Shown: positions 1 through 13,608 of the stretch, piece after piece | Layout: every line of letters starts with the position of its first letter | How positions within the stretch are numbered: the stretch's first letter is position 1 | Source: the human T2T-CHM13v2.0 reference genome, Homo sapiens | Strand: one strand, 5' to 3' | Assembly: GCF_009914755.1 (NCBI RefSeq) | Contig: NC_060936.1 | Length of the DNA stretch: 64,000 nucleotides | Program-made: the position numbers and the translations under genes | The notes under the pieces: generated by a model | Told to the model about the DNA's origin: nothing | Seen by the model: only the letters and a program-made list of their open reading frames with translations | Databases searched by the model: none

Positions 1-1092
1 CATCTGAAGTTGGAAGTTTGCACCCAGCGAAAGGGGATTTGATGTATAAATTGCACAACTATCAAACTGCAACAGAGTGACTGAACACTTATCTTGAAAA
101 TCTTAAGTTGGGATTGGCAAAAAAAGAAAAACAATGAGCTACTCCCATTTGCAAAGTCCAAGTGATTAGGGAAAATGGGTTTGAGTTTGACCTAATTAAT
201 TTATTTTGGGGTGATGTTGATAGAAGTAAGTGTATGTCATAGATAACAGTTCTGATAGATTCCCACACAGTTAAACCTTTGCTTCTGCTTTCTTCGATGA
301 ATCGAAATGCATGCACTCTGAAGCCCTCTGAGAGCATTCACAGGGGTAAGACAGGTTTTATTCCTCCAAAGCAATTTGGTCGAACTCTGCAGCTCACCTA
401 TGGGGAAGGCTGGCAAAATTCCAAAGGTGATTAGTGTCGTTTCTATTATTTCACAGGGTGGAGTGTGTTTGAATGGATGGAAGGGAAAGTCTATAATTTC
501 ATGGCTGTTAGTAGAACATTTCTGCTAAACCACTTTTTATCTAAAACATTCCAGATGAGTCGAGGGCACGGTACTGTCACCAGAATCGAATGCACCCATG
601 GATGTTACTAAATCTTAACTAAACAAGTCAGAAAAATGTAAATATTTCCTCCAAAATGTTGATTACCTTTTAACCCGTTTGTGTGTGTGTGTGATCACAA
701 TCATCTTTTTAATTATTTAAACTCTGTGGATTTCTCTATTAATATAAGATTAGCATTGCGAGCTTAACCTGGACCAGTTGGGAAGAGGTATTGCATTTTA
801 AAATTGTGCCACCATTGTCTTGTTTAGGAAGAATGACTTGGGCAATACCAAATGTTGAGTTATCAAGTATTTCGATACCCATATGCATCATCTGCTGTAA
901 GTGTAAGCATCTTCTCATTCTTATAGATTCTTTGAATTACATTATAAATGACTACCATGTCAATAGATTAGAACAACAATCGTGTCATGGCTTTTTTGTC
1001 GTCATGGGTCATTTTCATCAAATGTTCAGTAATTTCATTGCACTGTGTAATTAGGTGAAGAAACTCCACCCGAGCGTCCATGGGTCAGCTAT

Positions 1093-1162
1093 GTGGACTC
1101 TAGCTGCCAAAGGCGCTTCTCCTTCTGAACAGAGCGCTTTGCTCAGCCAGTGTAGACATGGC
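1093..1162 (+). ncRNA. MIR1251: pre-miR-1251 hairpin (5p ACUCUAGCUGCCAAAGGCGCU 1097-1117; 3p CGCUUUGCUCAGCCAGUGUAG 1135-1155)
   Basis: GTGGACTCTAGCTGCCAAAGGCGCTTCTCCTTCTGAACAGAGCGCTTTGCTCAGCCAGTGTAGACATGGC matches the recalled hsa-mir-1251 stem-loop. The arms pair visibly, and a lower stem (tcagctatgt / acatggcctga) extends the hairpin to about 1085-1166. Confidence 0.96.
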
Positions 1163-1644
1163 CTGATAAACAATGGAACTTCTCCCTTGAGAACTGGAGT
1201 TTGGATTGATCTAATTCCTTAATTCAAAAATGTGCACAGGTTTGATGAGTGGTTAAGATGCCTGCCTTTTAGTGAAACAAGAGCTTAAATTGACAGTACT
1301 GTGAAGAATTCAGTAATTTATAATGAACTTGAAAGGCAGTAGCACTCACTGTTGCAAAAGCTAATCAAGGGACTATCAAATCAAAGTTTTTACATGAGCT
1401 TAAATATCTGTGACAGGGAGGTTGTTCGTGCAGGTTTATATCTGTCAGATCTTAACACTAAACCTGCCAGAGTGTAACATGGTCCTGTCACTTTTAACCA
1501 AGATGTCACATATATTGTGGGAAACACGCTGCTCTGCATTTTCTTTTCTAGGATTTTACTAGGAAAAGCAAATGTAAAATAAAGTTTTTTTGTTTATTTG
1601 TTTGCTTGTTGTTTTTTTTTTAACGCTACATTTTTATTTTGCAG

Positions 1645-1790
1645 ATTCTCAGGATGATGGAGTGAGTGATGGAATAGGTTGCCAACTGTAGTTACTCCAC
1701 TCAGCACAGAATGGCTGCGGGGAAATATAATCAGACATGCCCAAAGAAGTCTGCTTAGGGTGAAACAAATACCTTTGAGGTTTAAATCAG
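1645..1790 (+). ncRNA. RMST: RMST exon (predicted); probable circRMST back-splice acceptor exon
   Basis: Very long U-rich tract with a branch-like ttaac, then tttttattttgcag|ATT at 1644/1645. Donor CAG|GTGTGT at 1790/1791. The acceptor is better supported than the donor. Confidence 0.7.
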
Positions 1791-3074
1791 GTGTGTAAAG
1801 AATATTGGAAACATGACTTGTTTTGTTTTTGTTTTTGCATTTGTGTTTGTCAAGAAAAGTAGAAAGGCTGATGCTTCTTGCCTGTTTTTCCAACTCTTTT
1901 AATGCTATAAAATGCACCCCAAATTTAACCCATTCTCTCTCCTAGGATTTGATATACCCAGTTTACTCCCTTGAAGGTCCTCTATCTCATCAAAGCTTTA
2001 GATTTTAAAAGCATGATTGTATATTTTTATTTTCAAAAAGATTTTGATTTTGGAGATATTTTAAAATTGGAAATTGAACTCAGATAGGCTTTACCATTTG
2101 TCTGTTTTCTTAGAAGAATAAATGCTATTTGCAATATAAGAGTTAGCTGCCAGAAACCTAAGAAAGTTATGTTCAAATTATTTTTACAAATAGATGTTCA
2201 CATCACCTTTAAACAGTAGTAATGGCTCAGAAAAAATCAAGCAAAGTTAACATCTTTAAAAAAATACAAACCACATTGCTTTACAGGATGAGGTTGTGCT
2301 TAATAACGTATGCTTAATTCATTCAGAAACTACACGATTTTTGTTGCTATATTTTGTTAGAAAGGAAGGAGAGACTGTTTCTACAGGTGTCATACAAAAA
2401 TCAATACTGAGCCAAGGATTATTGGATCCCATAGAACCACGGAGACTTGGTAGTGAAATTCTTCCAAAGGTGAGTAGGGGCATTGATTTCCTTTCCCATG
2501 CCTGCAGAAATATGACACAATTAACAGAGGCTAAGTTTAGACAGGAAATAAGTCTGATTTGAAACTGTACTGTAAAAGAATTAGTGATACTTTTTTCAAA
2601 CAAATAAATGAGAAAATGTAAGTAGAATTTCAACATATACATTTCTCTTATTTATTTTCTTAGATTCTTTTCTTTATTCTCTTGGGTACTTTTGAAAAAT
2701 AAACCACCAAAAATGGACTCCTTGACTGACATTTTATCTGTAATTCAGATCCTGTGATTTCCACGTGGAATACTTGCATTATACGATATAAAAGAGTCTC
2801 TCTCTTAAACCTATAACCAAGAATGCAGCAACCCGTCAGTTTCCAAGAAAAAGCATATTATCTACATAATCACAATCACACTTACAAATATGAGCCCATC
2901 ACTAACCTTCCTTATTTAAGCTATGTATTTTTCCAGCTAATTTGTGCTATAATTTTTAGACACAAACTTGTTTGTTTACATATTTTACAGTTTTTTCTAG
3001 ATTTCTTAAAGCTAAAAAACTATACATAACATACTGATTGTTTGACTGCATTACTTAGCATTCCATCCGTGCAG

Positions 3075-3186
3075 GCAGATGGTGTTCCTAGGTTTGGAAA
3101 TATAAATCCCATGGGAAGTCAGCTGAAGACCATTTTATGCATCACTCATCCTGTTAGAGCCCTGTGCTGTTCTGTCTCTCTATAAG
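3075..3186 (+). ncRNA. RMST: RMST exon (predicted)
   Basis: Acceptor ttccatccgtgcag|G, with an alternative AG 4 nt downstream; strong donor AAG|GTAAGA at 3186/3187. Confidence 0.62.
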
Positions 3187-3586
3187 GTAAGAGATTTATT
3201 GTGAATTGGCTTCCAGAAGTAGAAAATGTTGTATGCTAATGGATGTTCCTTCAAAGTGGCTTCTGGAGCTCATACAGAAATTGTTTTATAAGCAAAAGAA
3301 TAATTGGAACAATTCAAGTTACGCATACATGCATGTTCATCTGTCCCCAGGTAGCATTTGGTTGTTCTATCCTAGGATCCACATTCTATAATATTATCTT
3401 CTTCATGTGAAGTGAGATGGTAAATTGTTAATTTTTATAATGAATTTGAGCAGAGTAGAGGATTAAGGAAAATAATTTAGGCCTCAAAGTAGAAAATTGA
3501 CAAATTACCATCTTGCTTTGTCTGGGGATAGATATAATTTGAGTTTTAGTAATTTGTGGGATCAAAAATGGATTATAAGAAAATTA

Positions 3587-3745
<159 letters not shown>

Positions 3746-3878
3746 TTAAAAGACAGTTAAAATATAAAATTCCTGCACATTCACAGTAATATAAAAACCT
3801 CAGTATTTTTTTTTAGATTATTACTTTTTGCTGGCCAGTCAAAAATTCTTACTTTTTTTTCTTATTCTGAACTTTCAG

Positions 3879-4065
3879 ACTGGCTGAAACCACCACGGTT
3901 GTTTACAATTTATGCTCTAACTTTGGATCACCTAGTTAATACTCTAACTCCGATTATTACCAAAGACAATGTTCTATAAAAGATATTGTCTATTAGAAGG
4001 ATGCTTCTGCATTATTAATAAAATCACAGGGAAAATGCAACATTTTGGATGTCACATCTGATAAG
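3879..4065 (+). ncRNA. RMST: RMST exon (predicted)
   Basis: Acceptor tttttttcttattctgaactttcag|A at 3878/3879; donor AAG|GTAAGA at 4065/4066. Confidence 0.7.
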
Positions 4066-5114
4066 GTAAGATTTTATCATGTCTCGTAAGATGTGATTTC
4101 ATACGATTTTACTTATGACTATCCTAGCCCCAGGAAAGTTTTCATTTATCCATTTGATGTAGAAATCTATCATATAAAGCTTCATATACAATTATTTAAA
4201 CTGTGACCTAAAAGCCGGGCTACTGAATATCTTTTGTTTATGTGTAAGTCACATTATTTTTACTGTTTTTTTCATCCTTTGCAGCTTAGAAAAATATAAC
4301 TCAGTACACCATACAGCATATTTAAATTAAAATATAAATTATGTACATCATTATTCTTATGGGGGGGGAGCCGCTGGGAAAGGCATGCTATTCTATAACC
4401 CTGGACAAAATTTGACTTTTGATGTGTGAATTCTTAAATGTGCACAAACCAAAGACAATGGCATATATACTTTGACACATTCTGAAGTTAAAAGAGGACA
4501 TGAGGATTGTGAGATAAGTGGCGATTGTGTCTACTATTGTAATAATATAATGTCTGCATGACAAGAAAAAAAGTAAAAAAGCAATGGCGAGATGATGGAG
4601 AAGCTGAACATAAGTAAAATTCCAGGTACCTGTTGATGCAATATGAGGATACTAAAATATCTAGCCTTCTATGTATGCTATATATACTGTAATCCATCAG
4701 AATGGAGGCACTGTCTTCAAGTCCAAAAATATTAGTGTGTTCAACACTGCTACCCTGTATACTATACTAAAATCCCTCATAATATATAAAATATATATTA
4801 TCCATGTCTGAGCAACGTGATACAGCCATTCTCTCTTTGGGTTAAGTATAGCTTATGATTTTCCTAAAATGTCGCAAAGATAAGCATCTACTAGATAATT
4901 CGTGATTTGTAAATATCATGACTGTCTGAGGGGAAGTGGCAATTAAGGGAAGCATAATTATCTTCAATGTGAAGAAGGTCTGGGATGACAACTTTGGGGA
5001 GCACAGTGTCTTTGGCTCCTTAGCATTTTCTTGACTTGCTTTGTTGTCGTCCTTCTGGTTCTTTCTGGATCCATCTCTCTTTTGTTTCCATTTGAAACCT
5101 CTATTGTATTCCAG

Positions 5115-5240
5115 TTGGCAGTTAAAGAACAGAAACAGCAATAAGACTGCGTGGCTACATTTTCCCAGTGCCACCAACTGGGATTTAAGCTGACTAACAT
5201 TTTGAAAGCCCAGCCCATTTCATTCACAGCAGGATGGCAG
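5115..5240 (+). ncRNA. RMST: RMST exon (predicted)
   Basis: Long pyrimidine-rich region ending ctattgtattccag|T at 5114/5115; donor CAG|GTAAAA at 5240/5241. Confidence 0.62.
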
Positions 5241-7499
5241 GTAAAAGCATTTCTGTATTAAAGTATACACTTTGTTTCTTCAGGTTCTCGGTCTAATTTC
5301 TCTTGTTTGCCAGTTGGGGGGAGAAATGAAAGTAGGTTGGGGATGAAATGCCTGGGGTATTTAATCAAATGCCCAGCAACTCCTGATTATAGGATGCAAA
5401 AATTTCACTTTTGAGGATTAACTATGGTGGATTTTTTTCAACCCAAATGGGTGTACCCTTCTCTCCAGCATGTTATGGGGCTACTTTCTACCACTGCCAA
5501 AATAGAATGTAGTAGAAGAATTAGAAGAATTCCAAGTAGTTTTAATAATAACTCCTGGGTTATTAAAAATTAAATATCTGGGGTAAAAAAAATCCCATTA
5601 AATATACATGTTTGTGAAGTACCTCAAACATATATGTGTTTTACAAAATTTTACGTGTCATTATTTGCTCCTATTAGAACAAGAAATTGAGAATGGGTTT
5701 CACAGTGTTCTGTTAATTTGATTACTGTGTCCTAAGTGGTAAGTATAAACCTCCTTATGTATTTTGTGAAGCTCACTTAATCAAGCAAATATTATAAAAC
5801 ACACTATCATATCACTATGCTGATCCTTGACCTTTTGGCTTGTCACTCTCTTGTGTTGGATGTCTTTTTCTCATGTGCATGCACATGAAGCTTGGGGACA
5901 GAAAGAGTGAGGAAAAACATTAGCCCTGCTCCCTGAATAGTAATGGGCTGTGGAATTGTCTTTTTGGAGGGGACTTCCCCTGGGAACAATGAAATTGGGA
6001 TGAATATTATCAGTTTGCATTGACATTGAATGCATTTTTAAGGGAGCTTAGATCACTCTGTAAGAGTCATCTTGGATAGGTGAATGGAATACACAGTTGC
6101 AGTAGGAAGACTAAAGTTCTGAGATGTGTCAGATGACAGTGATAATATCATAACTCATTTTATGAATGAATCAAAAAGTTCCTCAGCTAGTGCCCACATA
6201 CTCATATATTGAAATAAATTTTACAAAGCCTCTTCTTTCCCTGGAGTCTGCACATATCCCATCTTACCATGGAATATAAACCTGCTTTGCTTGGTTTTGT
6301 ATTCTATGACCATCCTCTAGATATTTCTTACCAGATTAGGTCAACAGTTAACAGAGAATACAGTGGAAAAGTAAAATAACATTTTCAAAGTTTTAGCAAG
6401 AAAAATATGAATAATTAAAGGTGAATGCATGTGCATGCTATGACTGTACCTAGAATCTTTTCAAGGGCTTGAGGTCCCTCTGTCTTAGTAATTAGACAAA
6501 TTCTGTAGCCAGTTTGGCCTCACCCTGACAAAGATTTTCTATCTATAAATGTCCTTTGGGCCCATGAGGAATTTTGGACCCTCATTTATTTTCTAAAGAG
6601 AGGTTCAAGATCAACAAGTTCAAAATATTTCAAAGTTGCCATGCACTTCTCTGTTTAAGTATAGCAGCATTGCTGTGGATATAAACAAAATAATTCAGAC
6701 ACTGACCAGGGCAACTCCACGGCACTCTAGTGCACTAAATGACCCCCTCATTGTCTAATAACATGAGGCCTTACGTTTGTTTAGTGCTTTCTGGTTTTCA
6801 AAACCCTTTCCCATGATAGTCATGAATGAAGATACGATTTAGAGAGGTAGGGCACAAGGATGATTTTTTTTTTTTTGCCTTTCTTTTTCTAACTTGTTAA
6901 ATGAAAAATGCTAGAGAATAAAATGTGTTTTGTTTTTTAATCAAAGAAACACATATAATGTGAATTAGAGCATAATTGTCATGGTGAGGAGATGGGGAAG
7001 GAGGCAGTCACCCTTCCGCTACTGTGGTTTGTAGGGGTCCGCTATGCTATGTTAATAAGTTTACAGCTCAAAAGAAGGCTGTACCATTTCTCTCTAATGT
7101 GACGTAAAGTTAATAGACCCCTTGAACAGATTCATCTTGAAATATGAAGATCAATCATCCATGGTTCAGGTCAAATACCTGCTCACACATATTTACTGAG
7201 CAGACTAGTCCAAATTTTTCAACAAAGTAATAATACAAATAGAGGAGGGGAGGGAACAAGGACTCCTTGGGTCTAGGGGTGTTTCCCCAAGCAAGTTTTA
7301 AGCAAAACCATTTTTAATTGGAAGCTTTGTGATTTAGCTTAGAAATTCACTCTATTCTGTTAGATTATTTTACTATTTTTTAAAGTTTTAGTAATAAGGG
7401 GCTTTGGCTTCCTTGCTACGGGGATCTAGAATATTGATGTTATGTATGAATGTGGGTGATATGATGAAAATATTACCAATTAAGTTTGGTGCACAAATA

Positions 7500-7720
7500 T
7501 GGTGGTTGAACCAGAATTGGACTGGTTCGCATTTCTGCTCTACCACTTATTAGCTGTATAAACAGTTTCTAAACCCGCTTCTTCACCTACAAAATGAGGA
7601 AAGTAATCATCCCCATCCCCATAGAGTGGTTGTAAAGATTAAACAGGATAATGAGTATAAAGCCTATGGTAAGGGGTTGACGAGTCTTAGCAATGATCTT
7701 TAATATTGTTGTTATTTATT
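7500..7720 (+). mobile_element. MIR SINE fragment
   Basis: MIR core-like ctctaccacttattagctgt...tcacctacaaaatgagg...ggttgtaaagattaaa; boundaries approximate. Confidence 0.7.
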
Positions 7721-8041
7721 GCCTGTCTTTGCATGTATACACATATCTTCTATATACAATTTTTCTGTGTAATGCATTATGATTAAAAAAAATGTTGCCT
7801 AAAATTACCTGATAAAAATATTAAAGAAAATTCTGTCAGGCAATCGTGGTAACTACAGAAACTAGGAAAATCGTGAAAAGCCAGTACCTTCTGTCAGCAT
7901 TACCAGCCTTTCTTGAGAAGTCCTTATGGGCTCTGCCTCTCTGTTTTTCTCTACTGCTAAGACCTCCTTTCAATAAGGACCTGAAATTCATCCACACGAA
8001 GATCTAGATGACTGAGAACATTTGAGGTGCTGCCCCTGTGA

Positions 8042-8068
8042 AGGTCACTGACCTTTTATTAAGGGTCA
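8042..8068. promoter_or_regulatory. Composite nuclear-receptor element: perfect IR1 (AGGTCA c TGACCT) overlapping an ER8 (TGACCT n8 GGGTCA)
   Basis: aAGGTCAcTGACCTtttattaaGGGTCAg read directly from the sequence; function is inferred. Confidence 0.45.
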
Positions 8069-8783
8069 GATACTAAGCTGATGAGGTTTCAGGCATCGGT
8101 AGCAGCTGGAGACATTTGTCTGACAGTGTGATCTACCCCTGGCCTTCAGGAGCTCTCCTCAGAGTGGTAATGGTTAAGTGGGCCAATGGGTAAGGTTAGT
8201 TCTGCTGAAGGTGCCCGCTGGGGCTGTCTATGGGGTTTGTCTGACATCCTCAAAGGCTGCCTCTGTCTCTAAGCCTGGGACCATTTAGGAATGTCTGTCA
8301 GCTTTTTCGATTTTTTTTTCTTTTCTCACATTTATATCTGTGGGTTTTGTATCTAGTTATACCTTAAACACAAACTGTAATCCTTTGAACATTTTTTCCT
8401 AATATTCTTTATTTTTGGATATACATCAATTTTTTTTTCTACCCACATCCTATCCATATACTCGTTCTTGCTTGTCCATTGTATTTCTTTCAGAGATCTG
8501 TATTCATAATTGTTTTTCACATATCCGACTATTTTTCTGAGATGTTCTCCTGTAATATTCTTTTTTAAAATGTAACTTGTTTTACCTGTATTTTCTGCAC
8601 CCATGTTTTGGGATTTGAACGATTGGGTTCAAATTTAAGATATGCCTTCACTAGCAATGTATGCTTAGAAAACCATTTAATTTCTCAGCTGAGTTTATCA
8701 GAGGTGGAAATAGAAGGCTCTGCCCATAGTATTGTAAAAATCAAATAAGATCAAAGTGTTTTGTAAACTCTAAAATGATATAG

Positions 8784-9188
<405 letters not shown>

Positions 9189-11657
9189 TAAAAAGATGGG
9201 CATGAAGAGACACATCATGTTTAATAATTTGTGAAAGGAGAGATAGGATGATCTATCTTTTGACATTTTTCCCCATTACCTGAAAGAACTATTCTGTGCA
9301 TTCCCATGATATGGCTGTCAATTGCCTTCTCCCAGCATTATATCATTCAACGCAGAGAGGAGAATTTTCTCCGATGTAAATGTAAGAGAAGAAACGTCCG
9401 CTGGTAAACAGAAGCAGCCTGTCCTGCTGCTTTGAGCCACATCCACAAACTGTTTCTCAAAGAGTTCAGATCCTTTTGGAGAGCATCAGTGTATGACATG
9501 GTCATATACTGACTGAATCAGTCATGGATTTCAGTCCACGATTCATGGACTGAAATCAGGAAGCACGAGTGCTTCAGGATCCTCTACACAAATGAGGGAT
9601 GATATAAGTTAATATTTATCAAGAACCTACTGTGCATAAGACACTTCCAATAATAATGACTGCTGACTTGAGGTTTTTGCTAGACACTGCATAGGCACTG
9701 AACTACAGATTTTATCCAAGTTATTTGATCCTTAAACCACTCTGTGACACTGGAATTATTACATCCACTTAACAGTTGAAGAAACTGAGGGCCGTCTGAC
9801 ACCAAAGCCAATATTAACTGGATTTTCCCCTAGGATCCTGGGATGCCGATATTATGATATGCATTTTGCAGCTAGAGCCATTGGGACACAGAGTGTTTAA
9901 ATAACTTGTCCACATAGCTCTATGTGGAAGAGCTGCAATCCCATTCAGGTCAGCCCGACCCTGAACACTCCACTGCACTAACTTGCTGAGTATCTCTAAT
10001 CTTGGGAAGAATCTTTCTTTCAGTTTTCTTTTAATTAACAATCAACTATGGATTGATACTTTCATAAAACAGAATACAATTGAATTACTAGAAAAATAAA
10101 ATTAAAACCCAGACATACAAGACACAAACTCAATTTTCTATTATTAGATTCAACAAACATAAAATTACTCTGCCACTTTGCTATAGGTGTTTCTAAATGA
10201 TTGCTCACAATGTCTGTGCCTATTTTGTGGTGGACCAGTAACAAAACTGCTGGACTCAACAGCCAGCCACAGACAAGGCTTTGAGGAGCACTTGTCTAGG
10301 ACTGTGGAATATGACCTAGCTGAAGATAAGGCAGTTTTCTTATTCATTAGCAGAAGTCTTGTAGGCATGGATTTAATTTCAATATTTACCAGTAAGGCCT
10401 TGGGTGATACCAAGGTAGGAAATAGACTAAAACACAGTTAAACGTTAAAAGTCATTGCCCCTACTTTTTGTGCTTTTTTATCTAGGGAAAGTTAAATGGA
10501 ATGTCTTAACAATATACCCACAGGAATTAAATTAATTTTGTATGGAATATGTATTTGAAGGCCTACTGTCTTGTAACCTACATAACTGAGAAATGTAGAC
10601 CATTGTAAATTAGCTTATTTGATAAAATAGGTATACCACTATATTGCAGGTATATTACTTTTTCTCCAGAGGACAGGCTCATTGTTGTGTTGATTAATTA
10701 ACATTCTCACCCACCGTATCCAAGCAGGTTACAGAAATTAAAACTTGCAGGATGACAAAGCCAGAAAAGCAAACATTTCTGGTTAGTTCCCACAGTGACA
10801 CTACAGAAATGCCTGTCACCTGCCTCTCCTTGCTGGGCAGAGCAAGTTAGCTCAGCATTGGTCCCCTTTTCAGCATTTGTCAAAGCAGATCTTAGAATGG
10901 CCATGAAAAATGGCTGGTTAGTGTCATTCAGGGGAGAACAGGGACTATAGCAGGTACCTGTCTCCACCTGTCGAGAAATATCCACAGAAAATAGATGAGA
11001 GAACAAGCCTTAATAAATAGATGACGCAAAAGTTGCTATTTTTGTGCTTATTTGGCAATATTATATGCCAGATTTCAAGACAAAACTTAGTTTATCTTGT
11101 TTCCTGGCCCACCCTCTCAAAGCACATTACTGCTGCTTGGAATGCCGCACTAACTCAGTATTAGTATGAGTTACGGTTGATAATGATTGGACTTTAACTT
11201 TAAGGAAGAGGTACTAGATTAGAAGATCTGTTTGGACCAATCATTGCATTATATGTGTTGTAGTCATGTCAATGTAGGACTTTTTCTGCAATCAGTGGAG
11301 GTAAAAATAGTGGCAGAAAGTAGAAAGAATCCTTGTTTGTCTTATAATGGAGACTTTCTTGGCCATTAAATTGGTGACCTTAGTGTCCTGAAGTTCAAAT
11401 GAAACTGCTTCATTCTTGTTCTTAAGCAATGCTTTGTCTTGGTGTAAAATCTATTATTTAAATTTAATGTAATAATTCATGCACTGATTATTCATTTATG
11501 GAGTGCACACTTATGCACCAGGTCCTGTGGGAGATTGCTAGATCTTGGAGATAAAACTCTGAATACTTGATTTTTCCCTCAAGAAGTTTCCACCTTGGTT
11601 GTGGAGGCACACAGAGGCAGACATTGAAAATATTGTAGCATCTGCTATAATAAATGA

Positions 11658-11947
11658 TTTTTTTTGAGACAATCTCACTCTGCCACCAGGCTGCAGTACA
11701 ATGGTGCAATCACAGCTCACTGCAGTCTCCACTTTCTGAGCTCAAGCAATCCTCCCACCTCAGCCTCCCGAGTAGCTCAGACAACAAGCTCATGCCACCA
11801 TGCCTGCCTAATTTTTTCTTTTATTTTTAATAGAGATGAGGTCTCACTAAGTGCCTAGGTTGGTTTCAAACTTCTGGGCTCAAATGATCCACCCACCTCA
11901 GCCTCCCACAGTGCTGGGATTCCCAGGCATGAGCCACTGTGGGGCCT
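11658..11947 (-). mobile_element. AluJ element
   Basis: Diverged reverse Alu with J-type cacagctcactgcag and ctgggctcaaatgatcc. Confidence 0.9.
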
Positions 11948-13107
11948 CTATGAATGTAGAACTGACAAGCTCTGGCTGTCAAGTCAGGAAGTGCTTCACA
12001 AAATAGTTGACTTTTAGCCTAGATAAGGAAAAATAAATAAGAGTTCTAAATGTAGTAATAGTAAACACTTATATTGATATTCTTGTACAATGTGACTTCC
12101 TTGGGCTCTTTTGATTCATGACCTATTTTCTTGGGAGTCTTGGTCTCCCAATAGAGCACCTGTTTTCATGGAATCTTTCATGTTATTTCTCTGCTTTTCC
12201 ATGTCATGTTCCTTGTGTCTGGGCAATAGCTAAAAGTTAGTATGGCTAAAAGCAAATTTTGTTTATGCTTTCCATATCTCTCCACTGCCTGTCTTTACCA
12301 TATTGATTTCCAGCAGCTTCCTTCTAGTTTCAAAAACTTAGCATCTGTTGATTATTTTAATTTCCTTCTTCTCCTATAGCAAAATTCATCAGGAGTTAAC
12401 AGGCTCCCAACTTTTAAATAGGACTTTAGCCTTACCTGCCAGGATCTGCAATACAAGGCACACCTAAATAGCATTTAATTTGTTTAAACAAAAGCTTATA
12501 CTGACTCAATTTTATCGACGTGAACTTTGACCACATGGAGACTTTAGTTTGAAAAAATTAAAATGGGTAAATTATCTATAGTGAGATTAGAGAATTTCAA
12601 AAACACTCCCTTTCTATTATTGTTTATTTTTTTTAATTCCAGGAAAAAAAAAAAAGGTGGGATGCTTATTAAAAAAAAATAAGCACTTTGAGGACTAATG
12701 ACTGTAACCATGCACTGCTAACTGGCAAACCAGACGAAGTCCACAGACAAAAAAGATAATGTTTAACAATGGGAAAAATTCCCCAAGTGAGCCAAATAGG
12801 CCTCCTCGTGATGTCTGGCTGCAAATTAGACATTGGTGAATCCACCCAAACTTGGAGTCATTAATAAATGCCAATGCTACAGTAAATGTCAGCTAAAGTG
12901 TGAAGGGAGCAAATCCCTGCATGCTTCAGGAAAGTGGAAAAAGTCCATCTCAGATCTTATTTTTGTACAGACACACTTTCTATTCCCATCTAGAATATTG
13001 CAGTTCAGACATGGATAATGACTAATGCATCTTAAGATGCTCACAGTCACTGCTTGATAAATATATGTCACTATTCATTTATTAAGAAAGACCAATACAA
13101 TTAAAAC

Positions 13108-13608
<501 letters not shown>

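Noticed and set aside
221-351. Donor-like sites GAA|GTAAGT (225/226) and GGG|GTAAGA (345/346)
   Set aside because: No convincing paired acceptor within the window, so no exon can be defined.
4285-4625. Possible exon from cctttgcag| at 4285 to CAG|GTACCT at 4625
   Set aside because: The acceptor is good but the donor is weak and the pairing is ambiguous; not supportable without RNA data.
5714-5724. Paired-homeodomain P3 site TAATTTGATTA
   Set aside because: The same word occurs inside the L1 fragment near 32715, so it is a plausible chance match in AT-rich DNA.
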